Under the pieces are notes generated by a model. It did not search any database. It was not told the DNA's origin and saw only the letters and a program-made list of their open reading frames with translations. Of a DNA stretch of 64,000 nt, positions 12,701-25,700 are shown one piece after another. The stretch is from Eledone cirrhosa (Eukaryota). Each line of letters opens with the position of its first letter. Position 1 is the stretch's first letter. The translations under genes and the position numbers were made by a program. The DNA is taken from positions 248,682,001-248,746,000 of the forward strand of contig OZ024741.1 of the NCBI GenBank assembly GCA_964016885.1. Direction: 5' to 3'.

Positions 12701-13700
12701 CAGGGGGAGATAATTTGTAAAAAAAAATCATGGGGAGATAATTTTGAAAAAAAATCAAGGGGAGATAATTTCCAGCCGTCCAAGGGGAGGTAATATTTAG
12801 CCATCCAAGGGGAGATAATTTCCAGCCGTCCAAGGGGAGATAATTTCCAGCCGTCCAAGGGGAGATAATATCCAGCCGTCCAAGGAGACATATTTTCCAG
12901 CCGTCCAAGGAGAGGTAATTTCTAGCCGTCCAAGGGGAGATAAGTTCCAGCCTCCAAGGGGAGATAATTTCCAGCCAGCCAAGGGGAGATAATTTGTAAA
13001 AAAATCAGGGGGGAGATAATTTGTAAAAAAAATCAGGGGGAGATAATTTGAAAAAAAAATCAGGGGGAGATAATTTGTAAAAAATATCAAGGGGAGATAA
13101 TTTCCAGCCCTCCAAGGGGCTATAATTTCCAGCCGTGCAAGGGGAGATAATTTCCAGCCGTCCAAGGGGAGATAATTTCCATCCTTCCAAGGGGAGATAA
13201 TTTCCAGCCGTCCAAGGGGAGATAATTTCCCGCCAGCCAAGGGAAGATAATTTTTTAAAAAATCAGGCGGAGATTGTAAAAAAAATCAGGGGGAGATAAT
13301 TTGTAAAAAAATCAGGGGGAGATAATTTGTAAAAAAAAATCAGGGGGAGATAATTTGTAAAAAAAAATCAGGGGGAGATAATTTGTAAAAAAAATCAGGG
13401 GGAGATAATTTGTAAAAAAAATCAGGGGTAGATAATTTGTAAAAAAAATCAGGGGGAGATAATTTGTAAAAAAAATCAGGGGGAGATAATTTGTAAAAAA
13501 AATCAGGGGTAGATGATTTTCAGCCGTCCAAGGGGAGATAATTTCCATCCTTCCAAGGGGAGATAATTTCCAGCCGTCCAAGGGGAGATAATTTCCCGCC
13601 AGCCAAGGAGAGATAACATTTAAAAAAATCAGGCGGAGATAATTTGTAAAAAAATCAGGGGGAGATAATTTGTAAAAAAAATCAGGGGTAGATAATTTTC
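6800..13700 (+). repeat. Locally amplified ~2.56-kb higher-order unit (full, partial, full copies)
   Basis: Offset 4278 (=1714+2564) for TTGTGAAAA (6985/11263), GGACAGG, and ORF pairs 7427/11705 and 8394/12672. Offset 2564 for 10108/12672. Confidence 0.8.
7670..11100 (+). repeat. 1,714-bp tandem duplication within the array
   Basis: Constant 1714 offset: GAGACAATTT variant at 7751/9465, and ORF-track pairs 8394/10108, 8519/10233 and 9034/10748. Ends are approximate. Confidence 0.85.
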
Positions 13701-16700
13701 AGCCGTCCAAGGGGAGATAATTTCCATCCTTCCAAGGGGAGATAATTTCCAGCCGTCCAAGGGGAGATAATTTCCCGCCAGCCAAGGAGAGATAACATTT
13801 AAAAAAATCAGGGGGAGATAATTTGTAAAAAAAAATCAGGGGGAGATAATTCGTAAAAAAAAATCAGGGGGAGATAATTTGTAAAAAAAAATCAGGGGTA
13901 GATAATTTGTAAAAAAAAATCAGGGGGAGATAATTTGTAAAAAGAAAATCAGGGGGAGATAATTTGTAAAAAAATCAAGGGGAGATAATTTCCAGCCGTC
14001 CAAGGGGAGATAATTTTCAGCCGTCCAAGGAGAGTTAATTTCTAGCCGTCCAAGGGGAGATAATTTCCAGCCGTCCAAGGGGAGATAATTTTTTTAAAAA
14101 AATCAGGCGGAGATAATTTGTAAACAAAAATCAGGGGAGATAATTTGTAAAAAAAAATCAGGGGGAGATAATTTGTAAAAAAAAATCAGGGGGAGATAAT
14201 TTGTAAAAAAAATCAAGGGGAGATAATTTGTAAAAAAAAATCAGGGGTAGATAATTTGTAAAAAAAAATCAGGTGGAGATAATTTGTAAAAAAAAAATCA
14301 GGGGGAGATAATTTGTAAAAAATCAAGGGGAGATAATTTCCAGCCGTCCAAGGGGAGATAATTTTCAGCCGTCCAAGGAGAGGTAATTTCTAGCCGTCCA
14401 AGGGGAGATAATTTCCAGCCAGCCAAGGGGAGATAATTTGTAAAAAATCAGATGTAGATAATTTGTAAAAAAAAATCAGGGGGAGATAATTTGTAAAAAA
14501 AATCAGGGGGAGATAATTTGTAAAAAAAATCAGGGGTAGATAATTTCCAGCCGTCCAAGGGGAGATAATTTCCATCCTTCCAAGGGGAGATAATTTCCAG
14601 CCGTCCAAGGGGAGATAATTTCCCGCCAGCCAAGGAGAGATAATTTTTTTAAAAAAATCAGGCGGAGATAATTTGTAAACAAAAATCAGGGGGAGATAAT
14701 TTGTAAAAAAAAATCAGGGGGAGATAATTTGTAAAAAAAATCAGGGGGAGATAATTTGTAAAAAAAATCAAGGGGAGATAATTTCCAGCCGTCCAAGGGG
14801 AGGTAATATCTAGCCATCCAAGGGGAGATAATCTCCAGCCGTCCAAGGGGAGATAATTTCCAGCCGTCCAAGGGGAGATAATATCCAGCCGTCCAAGGAG
14901 ACATATTTTCCAGCCGTCCAAGGAGAGGTAATTTCTAGCCGTCCAAGGGGAGATAAGTTCCAGCCTCCAAGGGGAGAAAATTTCCAGCCAGCCAAGGGGA
15001 GATAATTTGTAAAAAAATCAGGGGGAGATAATTTGTAAAAAAAAAATCAGGGGGAGATAATTTGTAAAAAAATCAGGGGGAGATAATTTGTAAAAAAAAA
15101 ATCAGGGGGAGATAATTTGTAAAAAAAATCAGGGGGAGATAATTTGTAGAAAAAATCAGGGGTAGATAATTTGTAAAAAAAATCAGGGGGAGATAATTTG
15201 TAAAAAAAATCAGGGGGAGATAATTTGTAAAAAAATCAGGGGTAGATAATTTTCAGCCGTCCAAGGGGAGATAATTTCCATCCTTCCAAGGGGAGATAAT
15301 TTCCAGCCGTCCAAGGGGAGATAATTTCCCGCCAGCCAAGGAGAGATAACATTTAAAAAAATCAGGCGGAGATAATTTGTAAAAAAAATCAGGGGGAGAT
15401 AATTTGTAAAAAAATCAGGGGGAGATAATTTGTAAAAAAAATCAGGGGTAGATAATTTCCAGCCGTCCAAGGGGAGATAATTTCCATCCTTCCAAGGGGA
15501 GATAATTTCCAGCCGTCCAAGGGGAGATAATTTCCCGCCAGCCAAGGAGAGATAATATTTAAAAAAATCAGGCGGAGATAATTTGTAAAAAAAATCAGGC
15601 GGAGATAATTTGTAAAAAAAAACCAGGGGGAGATAATTTGTAAAAAAAAATCAGGGGGAGATAATTTGTAAAAAAAATCAGGGGGAGATAATTTGTAAAA
15701 AAAATCAAGGGGAGATAATTTCCAGCCGTCCAAGGGGAGATAATTTTCAGCCGTCCAAGGAGAGGTAAATTCTAGCCGTCCAAGGAGATATAATTTCCAG
15801 CCGTCCAAGGGGAGATAATTTCCAGCCGTCCAAGGGGAGATAATTTTAAAAAAAAAATCAGGCGGAGATAATTTGTAAACAAAAATCAGGGGGAGATAAT
15901 TTTAAAAAAAAAATCGGGGAGATAATTTGTAAAAAAAATCAAGGGGAGATAATTTCCAGCCGTCCAAGGGGAGGTAATATCTAGCCATCCAAGGGGAGAT
16001 AATTTCCAGCCGTCCAAGGGGAGATAATTTCCAGCCGTCCAAGGGGAGATAATATCCAGCCGTCCAAGGAGACATATTTTCCAGCCGTCCAAGGAGAGGT
16101 AATTTCTAGCCGTCCAAGGGGAGATAAGTTCCAGCCTCCAAGGGGAGATAATTTCCAGCCAGCCAAGGGGAGATAATTTGTAAAAAAATCAGGGGGGAGA
16201 TAATTTGTAAAAAAAATCAGGGGGAGATAATTTGAAAAAAAAATCAGGGGGACATAATTTGTAAAAAATATCAAGGGGAGATAATTTCCAGCCCTCCAAG
16301 GGGCTATAATTTCCAGCCGTGCAAGGGGAGATAATTTCCAGCCGTCCAAGGGGAGATAATTTCCATCCTTCCAAGGGGAGATAATTTCCAGCCGTCCAAG
16401 GGGAGATAATTTCCCGCCAGCCAAGGGAAGATAATTTTTTAAAAAATCAGGCGGAGATTGTAAAAAAAATCAGGGGGAGATAATTTGTAAAAAAATCAGG
16501 GGGAGATAATTTGTAAAAAAAAATCAGGGGGAGATAATTTGTAAAAAAAAATCAGGGGGAGATAATTTGTAAAAAAAATCAGGGGGAGATAATTTGTAAA
16601 AAAAATCAGGGGTAGATAATTTGTAAAAAAAATCAGGGGGAGATAATTTGTAAAAAAAATCAGGGGGTGATAATTTGTAAAAAAAATCAGGGGTAGATAA

Positions 16701-19700
16701 TTTTCAGCCGTCCAAGGGGAGATAATTTCCATCCTTCCAAGGGGAGATAATTTCCAGCCGTCCAAGGGGAGATAATTTCCCGCCAGCCAAGGAGAGATAA
16801 CATTTAAAAAAATCAGGCGGAGATAATTTGTAAAAAAATCAGGGGGAGATAATTTGTAAAAAAAATCAGGGGTAGATAATTTTCAGCCGTCCAAGGGGAG
16901 ATAATTTCCATCCTTCCAAGGGGAGATAATTTCCAGCCGTCCAAGGGGAGATAACTTCCCGCCAGCCAAGGAGAGATAACATTTAAAAAAATCAGGGGGA
17001 GATAATTTGTAAAAAAAAATCAGGGGTAGATAATTTGTAAACAAAAATCAGGGGGAGATAATTTGTAAAAAAAAATCAGGGGGAGATAATTTGTAAAAAA
17101 AAATCAGGGGGAGATAATTTGTAAAAAAAATCAAGGGGAGATAATTTGTAAAAAAAATCAGGGGTAGATAATTTGTAAAAAAAAATCAGGGGGAGATAAT
17201 TTGTAAAAAAAAAATCAAGGGGAGATAATTTGTAAAAAAATCAAGGGGAGATAATTTCCAGCCGTCCAAGGGGAGATAATTTTCAGCCGTCCAAGGAGAG
17301 GTAATTTCTAGCCGTCCAAGGGGAGATAATTTCCAGCCAGCCAAGGGGAGATAATTTGTAAAAAAATCAGATGTAGATAATTTGTAAAAAAAAATCAGGG
17401 GGAGATAATTTGTAAAAAAAATCAGGGGGAGATAATTTGTAAAAAAAAATCAGGGGTAGATAATTTGTAAAAAAAAATCAGGGGTAGATAATTTGTAAAA
17501 AAAAATCAGGGGGAGATAATTTGTAAAAAAAAAATCAGGGGGAGATAATTTGTAAAAAAAATCAGGGGGAGATAATTTGTAGAAAAAATCAGGGGTAGAT
17601 AATTTGTAAAAAAAATCAGGGGGAGATAATTTGTAAAAAAAATCAGGGGGAGATAATTTGTAAAAAAAATCAGGGGTAGATAATTTTCAGCCGTCCAAGG
17701 GGAGATAATTTCCATCCTTCCAAGGGGAGATAATTTCCAGCCGTCCAAGGGGAGATAATTTCCCGCCAGTCAAGGAGAGATAACATTTAAAAAAATCAGG
17801 CGGAGATAATTTGTAAAAAAAATCAGGGGGACATAATTTGTAAAAAAATCAGGGGGAGATAATTTGTAAAAAAAATCAGGGGTAGATAATTTCCAGCCGT
17901 CCAAGGGGAGATAATTTCCATCCTTCCAAGGGGAGATAATTTCCAGCCGTCCAAGGGGAGATAATTTCCCGCCAGCCAAGGAGAGATAATATTTAAAAAA
18001 ATCAGGCGGAGATAATTTGTAAAAAAAATCAGGGGGAGATAATTTGTAAAAAAATCAGGGGGAGATAATTTGTAAAAAAAAATCAGGGGGAGATAATTTG
18101 TAAAAAAAATCAGGGGGAGATAATTTGTAAAAAAAATCAGGGGTAGATAATTTGTAAAAAAAAATCAGGGGGAGATAATTTGTAAAAAAAAAATCAGGGG
18201 GAGATAATTTGTTAAAAAATCAAGGGGAGATAATTTCCAGCCGTCCAAGGGGAGATAATTTTCAGCCGTCCAAGGAGAGGTAATTTCTAGCCGTCCAAGG
18301 GGAGATAATTTCCAGCCGTCCAAGGGGAGATAATTTTTTTAAAAAAATCAGGCGGAGATAATTTGTAAACAAAAATCAGGGGGAGATAATTTGTAAAAAA
18401 AAATCAGGGGGAGATAATTTGTAAAAAAAAATCAGGGGGAGATAATTTGTAAAAAAAATCAAGGGGAGATAATTTCCAGCCGTCCAAGGGGAGGTAATAT
18501 CTAGCCATCCAAGGGGAGATAATTTCCAGCCGTCCAAGGGGAGATAATTTCCAGCCGTCCAAGGGGAGATAATATCCAGCCGTCCAAGGAGACATATTTT
18601 CCAGCCGTCCAAGGAGAGGTAATTTCTAGCCGTCCAAGGGGAGATAAGTTCCAGCCTCCAAGGGGAGATAATTTCCAGCCAGCCAAGGGGAGATAATTTG
18701 TAAAAAAATCAGGGGGAGATAATTTGTAAAAAAAAAATCAGGGGGAGATAATTTGTAAAAAAATCAGGGGGAGATAATTTGTAAAAAAAAAATCAGGGGG
18801 AGATAATTTGTAAAAAAAATCAGGGGGAGATAATTTGTAAAAAAAATCAGGGGTAGATAATTTGTAAAAAAAATCAGGGGGAGATAATTTGTAAAAAAAA
18901 TCAGGGGGAGATAATTTGTAAAAAAAATCAGGGGTAGATAATTTTCAGCCGTCCAAGGGGAGATAATTTCCATCCTTCAAAGGGGAGATAATTTCCAGCC
19001 GTCCAAGGGGAGATAATTTCCCGCCAGCCAAGGAGAGATAACATTTAAAAAAATCAGGCGGAGATAATTTGTAAAAAAAATCAGGGGGAGATAATTTGTA
19101 AAAAAATCAGGGGGAGATAATTTGTAAAAAAAATCAGGGGTAGATAATTTCCAGCCGTCCAAGGGGAGATAATTTCCATCCTTCCAAGGGGAGATAATTT
19201 CCAGCCGTCCAAGGGGAGATAATTTCCCGCCAGCCAAGGAGAGATAATATTTAAAAAAATCAGGCGGAGATAATTTGTAAAAAAAATCAGAGGGAGATAA
19301 TTTGTAAAAAAATCAGGGGGAGATAATTTGTAAAAAAAAATCAGGGGGAGATAATTTGTAAAAAAAATCAGGGGGAGATAATTTGTAAAAAAAAATCAGG
19401 GGTAGATAATTTGTAAAAAAAAATCAGGGGGAGATAATTTGTAAAAAAAAATCAGCGGGAGATAATTTGTAAAAAAATCAAGGGGAGATAATTTCCAGCC
19501 GTCCAAGGGGAGATAATTTTCAGCCGTCCAAGGAGAGGTAATTTCTAGCCGTCCAAGGGGAGATAATTTCCAGCCGTCCAAGGGGAGATAATTTTTTTAA
19601 AAAAATCAGGCGGAGATAATTTGTAAACAAAAATCAGGGGGAGATAATTTGTAAAAAAAAATCAGGGGGAGATAATTTGTAAAAAAAAATCAGGGGGAGA

Positions 19701-22700
19701 TAATTTGTAAAAAAAATCAAGGGGAGATAATTTCCAGCCGTCCAAGGGGAGGTAATATCTAGCCATCCAAGGGGAGATAATTTCCAGCCGTCCAAGGGGA
19801 GATAATTTCCAGCCGTCCAAGGGGAGATAATATCCAGCCGTCCAAGGAGACATATTTTCCAGCCGTCCAAGGAGACGTAATTTCTAGCCGTCCAAGGGGA
19901 GATAAGTTCCAGCCTCCAAGGGGAGATAATTTCCAGCCAGCCAAGGGGAGATAATTTGTAAAAAAATTAGGGGGAGATAATTTGTAAAAAAAAATTAGGG
20001 GGAGATAATTTGTAAAAAAAAATCAGGGGGAGATAATTTGTAAAAAAAAATCAGGGGGAGATAATTTGTAAAAAAAATCAAGGGGAGATAATTTCCAGCC
20101 AGCCAAGGGGAGATAATTTGTAAAAAAATTAGGGGGAGATAATTTGTAAAAAAAAATTAGGGGGAGATAATTTGTAAAAAAATTCAGGGGTAGATAATTT
20201 CCAGCCGTCCAAGGGGAGATAATTTCCATCCTTCCAAGGGGAGATAATTTCCAGCCGTCCAAGGGGAGATAATTTCCCGCCAGCCAAGGAGAGATAATAT
20301 TTAAAATAATCAGGCGGAGATAATTTGTAAAAAAAATCAGAGGGAGATAATTTGTAAAAAAATCAGGGGGAGATAATTTGTAAAAAAAAAATCAGGGGGA
20401 GATAATTTGTAAAAAAAATCAGGGGGAGATAATTTGTAAAAAAAAATCAGGGGTAGATAATTTGTAAAAAAAAATCAGGGGGAGATAATTTGTAAAAAAA
20501 AATCAGGGGGAGATAATTTGTAAAAAAATCAAGGGGAGATAATTTCCAGCCGTCCAAGGGGAGATAATTTTCAGCCGTCCAAGGAGAGGTAATTTCTAGC
20601 CGTCCAAGGGGAGATAATTTCCAGCCGTCCAAGGGGAGATAATTTTGTTAAAAAAATCAGGCGGAGATAATTTGTAAACAAAAATCAGGGGGAGATAATT
20701 TGTAAAAAAAAATCAGGGGGAGATAATTTGTAAAAAAAAATCAGGGGGAGATAATTTGTAAAAAAAATCAAGGGGAGATAATTTCCAGCCGTCCAAGGGG
20801 AGGTAATATCTAGCCATCCAAGGGGAGATAATTTCCAGCCGTCCAAGGGGAGATAATTTCCAGCCGTCCAAGGGGAGATAATATCCAGCCGTCCAAGGAG
20901 ACATATTTTCCAGCCGTCCAAGGAGACGTAATTTCTAGCCGTCCAAGGGGAGATAAGTTCCAGCCTCCAAGGGGAGATAATTTCCAGCCAGCCAAGGGGA
21001 GATAATTTGTAAAAAAATTAGGGGGAGATAATTTGTAAAAAAAAATTAGGGGGAGATAATTTGTAAAAAAAAATCAGGGGGAGATAATTTGTAAAAAAAA
21101 ATCAGGGGGAGATAATTTGTAAAAAAAATCAAGGGGAGATAATTTCCAGCCAGCCAAGGGGAGATAATTTGTAAAAAAATTAGGGGGAGATAATTTGTAA
21201 AAAAAAATTAGGGGGAGATAATTTGTAAAAAAAAATCAGGGGGAGATAATTTGTAAAAAAAAATCAGGGGGAGATAATTTGTAAAAAAAAATCAGGGGGA
21301 GATAATTTGTAAAAAAAAAATCAGGCGGAGATAATTTGTAAAAAAATCAAGGGGAGATAATTTCCAGCCGTCCAAGGGGAGATAATTTTCAGCCGTCCAA
21401 GGAGAGGTAATTTCTAGCCGTCCAAGGGGAGATAATTTCCAGCCAGCCAAGGGGAGATAATTTGTAAAAAAATCAGATGTAGATAATTTGTAAAAAAAAA
21501 TCAGGGGGAGATAATTTGTAAAAAAAATCAGGGGGAGATAATTTGTAAAAAAAATCAGGGGTAGATAATTTCCAGCCGTCCAAGGGGAGATAATTTCCAT
21601 CCTTCCAAGGGGAGATAATTTCCAGCCGTCCAAGGGGAGATAATTTCCCGCCAGCCAAGGAGAGATAATATTTTAAAAAATCAGGCGGAGATAATTTGTA
21701 AAAAAAATCAGGGGGAGATAATTTGTAAAAAAATCAGGGGGAGATAATTTGTAAAAAAAAATCAGGGGAGATAATTTGTAAAAAAAATCAGGGGGAGATA
21801 ATTTGTAAAAAAAAATCAGGGGTAGATAATTTGTAAAAAAAAATCAGTGGCAGATAATTTGTAAAAAAAAAATCAGGGGGAGATAATTTGTAAAAAAATC
21901 AAGGGGAGATAATTTCCAGCCGTCCAAGGGGAGATAATTTTCAGCCGTCCAAGGAGGTAATTTCTAGCCGTCCAAGGGGAGATAATTTCCAGCCGTCCAA
22001 GGGGAGATAATTTTTTTTAAAAAATCAGGCGGAGATAATTTGTAAACAAAAATCAGGGGGAGATAATTTGTAAAAAAAAATCAGGGGGAGATAATTTGTA
22101 AAAAAAAATCAGGGGGAGATAATTTGTAAAAAAAATCAAGGGGAGATAATTTCCAGCCGTCCAAGGGGAGGTAATATCTAGCCATCCAAGGGGAGATAAT
22201 TTCCAGCCGTCCAATGGGAGATAATTTCCAGCCGTCCAAGGGGAGATAATATCCAGCCGTCCAAGGAGACATATTTTCCAGCCGTCCAAGGAGAGGTAAT
22301 TTCTAGCCGTCCAAGGGGAGATAAGTTCCAGCCTCCAAGGGGAGAAAATTTCCAGCCAGCCAAGGGGAGATAATTTGTAAAAAAATCAGGGGGAGATAAT
22401 TTGTAAAAAAAAAATCAGGGGGAGATAATTTGTAAAAAAATCAGGGGGAGATAATTTGTAAAAAAAAAATCAGGGGGAGATAATTTGTAAAAAAAATCAG
22501 GGGGAGATAATTTGTAGAAAAAATCAGGGGTAGATAATTTGTAAAAAAAATCAGGGGGAGATAATTTGTAAAAAAAATCAGGGGGAGATAATTTGTAAAA
22601 AAAATCAGGGGTAGATAATTTTCAGCCGTCCAAGGGGAGATAATTTCCATCCTTCCAAGGGGAGATAATTTCCAGCCGTCCAAGGGGAGATAATTTCCCG

Positions 22701-25700
22701 CCAGCCAAGGAGAGATAACATTTAAAAAAATCAGGCGGAGATAATTTGTAAAAAAAATCAGGGGGAGATAATTTGTAAAAAAATCAGGGGGAGATAATTT
22801 GTAAAAAAAATCAGTGGTAGATAATTTCCAGCCGTCCAAGGGGAGATAATTTCCATCCTTCCAAGGGGAGATAATTTCCAGCCGTCCAAGGGGAGATAAT
22901 TTCCCGCCAGCCAAGGAGAGATAATATTTAAAAAAATCAGGCGGAGATAATTTGTAAAAAAAATCAGGCGGAGATAATTTGTAAAAAAAAATCAGGGGGA
23001 GATAATTTGTAAAAAAAAATCAGGGGGAGATAATTTGTAAAAAAAATCAAGGGGAGATAATTTCCAGCCGTCCAAGGGGAGATAATTTTCAGCCGTCCAA
23101 GGAGAGGTAAATTCTAGCCGTCCAAGGAGATATAATTTCCAGCCGTCCAAGGGGAGATAATTTCCAGCCGTCCAAGGGGAGATAATTTTTAAAAAAAAAT
23201 CAGGCGGAGATAATTTGTAAACAAAAATCAGGGGGAGATAATTTTTAAAAAAAAATCAGGGGGAGATAATTTGTAAAAAAAAATCAGGGGGAGATAATTT
23301 GTAAAAATAATCAAGGGGAGATAATTTTCAGCCGTCCAAGGGGAGGTAATATCTAGCCATCCAAGGGGAGATAATTTCCAGCCGTCCAAGGGGAGATAAT
23401 TTCCAGCCGTCCAAGGGGAGATAATATCCAGCCGTCCAAGGAGACATATTTTCCAGCCGTCCAAGGAGAGGTAATTTCTAGCCGTCCAAGGGGAGATAAG
23501 TTCCAGCCTCCAAGGGGAGATAATTTCCAGCCAGCCAAGGGGAGATAATTTGTAAAAAAATCAGGGGGGAGATAATTTGTAGAAAAAATCAGGGGGAGAT
23601 AATTTGAAAAAAAAATCAGGGGGAGATAATTTGTAAAAAATATCAAGGGGAGATAATTTCCAGCCCTCCAAGGGGCTATAATTTCCAGCCGTGCAAGGGG
23701 AGATAATTTCCAGCCGTCCAAGGGGAGATAATTTCCATCCTTCCAAGGGGAGCTAATTTCCAGCCGTCCAAGGGGAGATAATTTCCCGCCAGCCAAGGGA
23801 AGATAATTTTTTAAAAAATCAGGCGGAGATTGTAAAAAAAATCAGGGGGAGATAATTTGTAAAAAAATCAGGGGGAGATAATTTGTAAAAAAAAAATCAG
23901 GGGGATGTAATTTGTAAAAAAAAATCAGGGGGAGATAATTTGTAAAAAAAATCAGGGGGAGATAATTTGTAAAAAAAATCAGGGGTAGATAATTTGTAAA
24001 AAAAATCAGGGGGAGATAATTTGTAAAAAAAATCAGGGGGAGATAATTTGTAAAAAAAATCAGGGGTAGATAATTTTCAGCCGTCCAAGGGGAGATAATT
24101 TCCATCCTTCCAAGGGGAGATAATTTCCAGCCGTCCAAGGGGAGATAATTTCCCGCCAGCCAAGGAGAGATAACATTTAAAAAAATCAGGCGGAGATAAT
24201 TTGTAAAAAAATCAGGGGGAGATAATTTGTAAAAAAAATCAGGGGTAGATCATTTTCAGCCGTCCAAGGGGAGATAATTTCCATCCTTCCAAGGGGAGAT
24301 AATTTCCAGCCGTCCAAGGGGAGATAGTTTCCCGCCAGCCAAGGAGAGATAACATTTAAAAAAATCAGGGGGAGATAATTTGTGAAAAAAAATCAGGGGG
24401 AGATAATTCGTAAAAAAAATCAGGGGGAGATAATTTGTAAAAAAAAATCAGGGGTAGATAATTTGTAAAAAAAAATCAGGGGGAGATAATTTGTAAAAAA
24501 AAAATCAGGGGGAGATAATTTGTAAAAAAATCAAATGGAGATAATTTCCAGCCGTCCAAGGGGAGATAATTTTCAGCCGTCCAAGGAGAGGTAATTTCTA
24601 GCCGTCCAAGGGGAGATAATTTCCAGCCGTCCAAGGGGAGATAATTTTTTTAAAAAAATCAGGCGGAGATAATTTGTAAACAAAAATCAGGGGGAGATAA
24701 TTTGTAAAAAAAAATCAGGGGGAGATAATTTGTAAAAAAAAATCAGGGGGAGATAATTTGTAAAAAAAATCAAGGGGAGATAATTTGTAAAAAAAAATCA
24801 GGGGTAGATAATTTGTAAAAAAAAATCAGGGGGAGATAATTTGTAAAAAAAAAATCATGGGGAGATAATTTATAAAAAAATCAAGGGGAGATAATTTCCA
24901 GCCGTCCAAGGGGAGATAATTTTCAGCCGTCCAAGGACAGGTAATTTCTAGCCGTCCAAGGGGAGATAATTTCCAGCCAGCCAAGGGGAGATAATTTGTA
25001 AAAAAATCAGGGGTAGATAATTTGTAAAAAAAAATCAGGGGGAGATAATTTGTAAAAAAAATCAGGGGGAGATAATTTGTAAAAAAAATCAGGGGTAGAT
25101 AATTTCCAGCCGTCCAAGGGGAGATAATTTCCATCCTTCCAAGGGGAGACAATTTCCAGCCGTCCAAGGGGAGATAATTTCCCGCCAGCCAAGGAGAGAT
25201 AACATTTAAAAAAATCAGGCGGAGATAATTTGTAAAAAAAATCAGGGGGAGATAATTTGTATAAAAATCAGGGGGAGATAATTTGTAAAAAAAATCAGGG
25301 GTAGATAATTTCCAGCCGTCCAAGGGGAGATAATTTCCATCCTTCCAAGGGGAGATAATTTCCAGCCGTCCAAGGGGAGATAATTTCCCGCCAGCCAAGG
25401 AGAGATAATATTTAAAAAAATCAGGCGGAGATAATTTGTAAAAAAAATCAGGGGGAGATAATTTGTAAAAAAATCAGGGGGAGATAATTTGTAAAAAAAA
25501 ATCAGGGGAGATAATTTGTAAAAAAAATCAGGGGGAGATAATTTGTAAAAAAAAATCAGGGGTAGATAATTTGTAAAAAAAAATCAGGGGGAGATAATTT
25601 GTAAAAAAAAAATCAGGGGGAGATAATTTGTAAAAAAATCAAGGGGAGATAATTTCCAGCCGTCCAAGGGGAGATAATTTTCAGCCGTCCAAGGAGGTAA

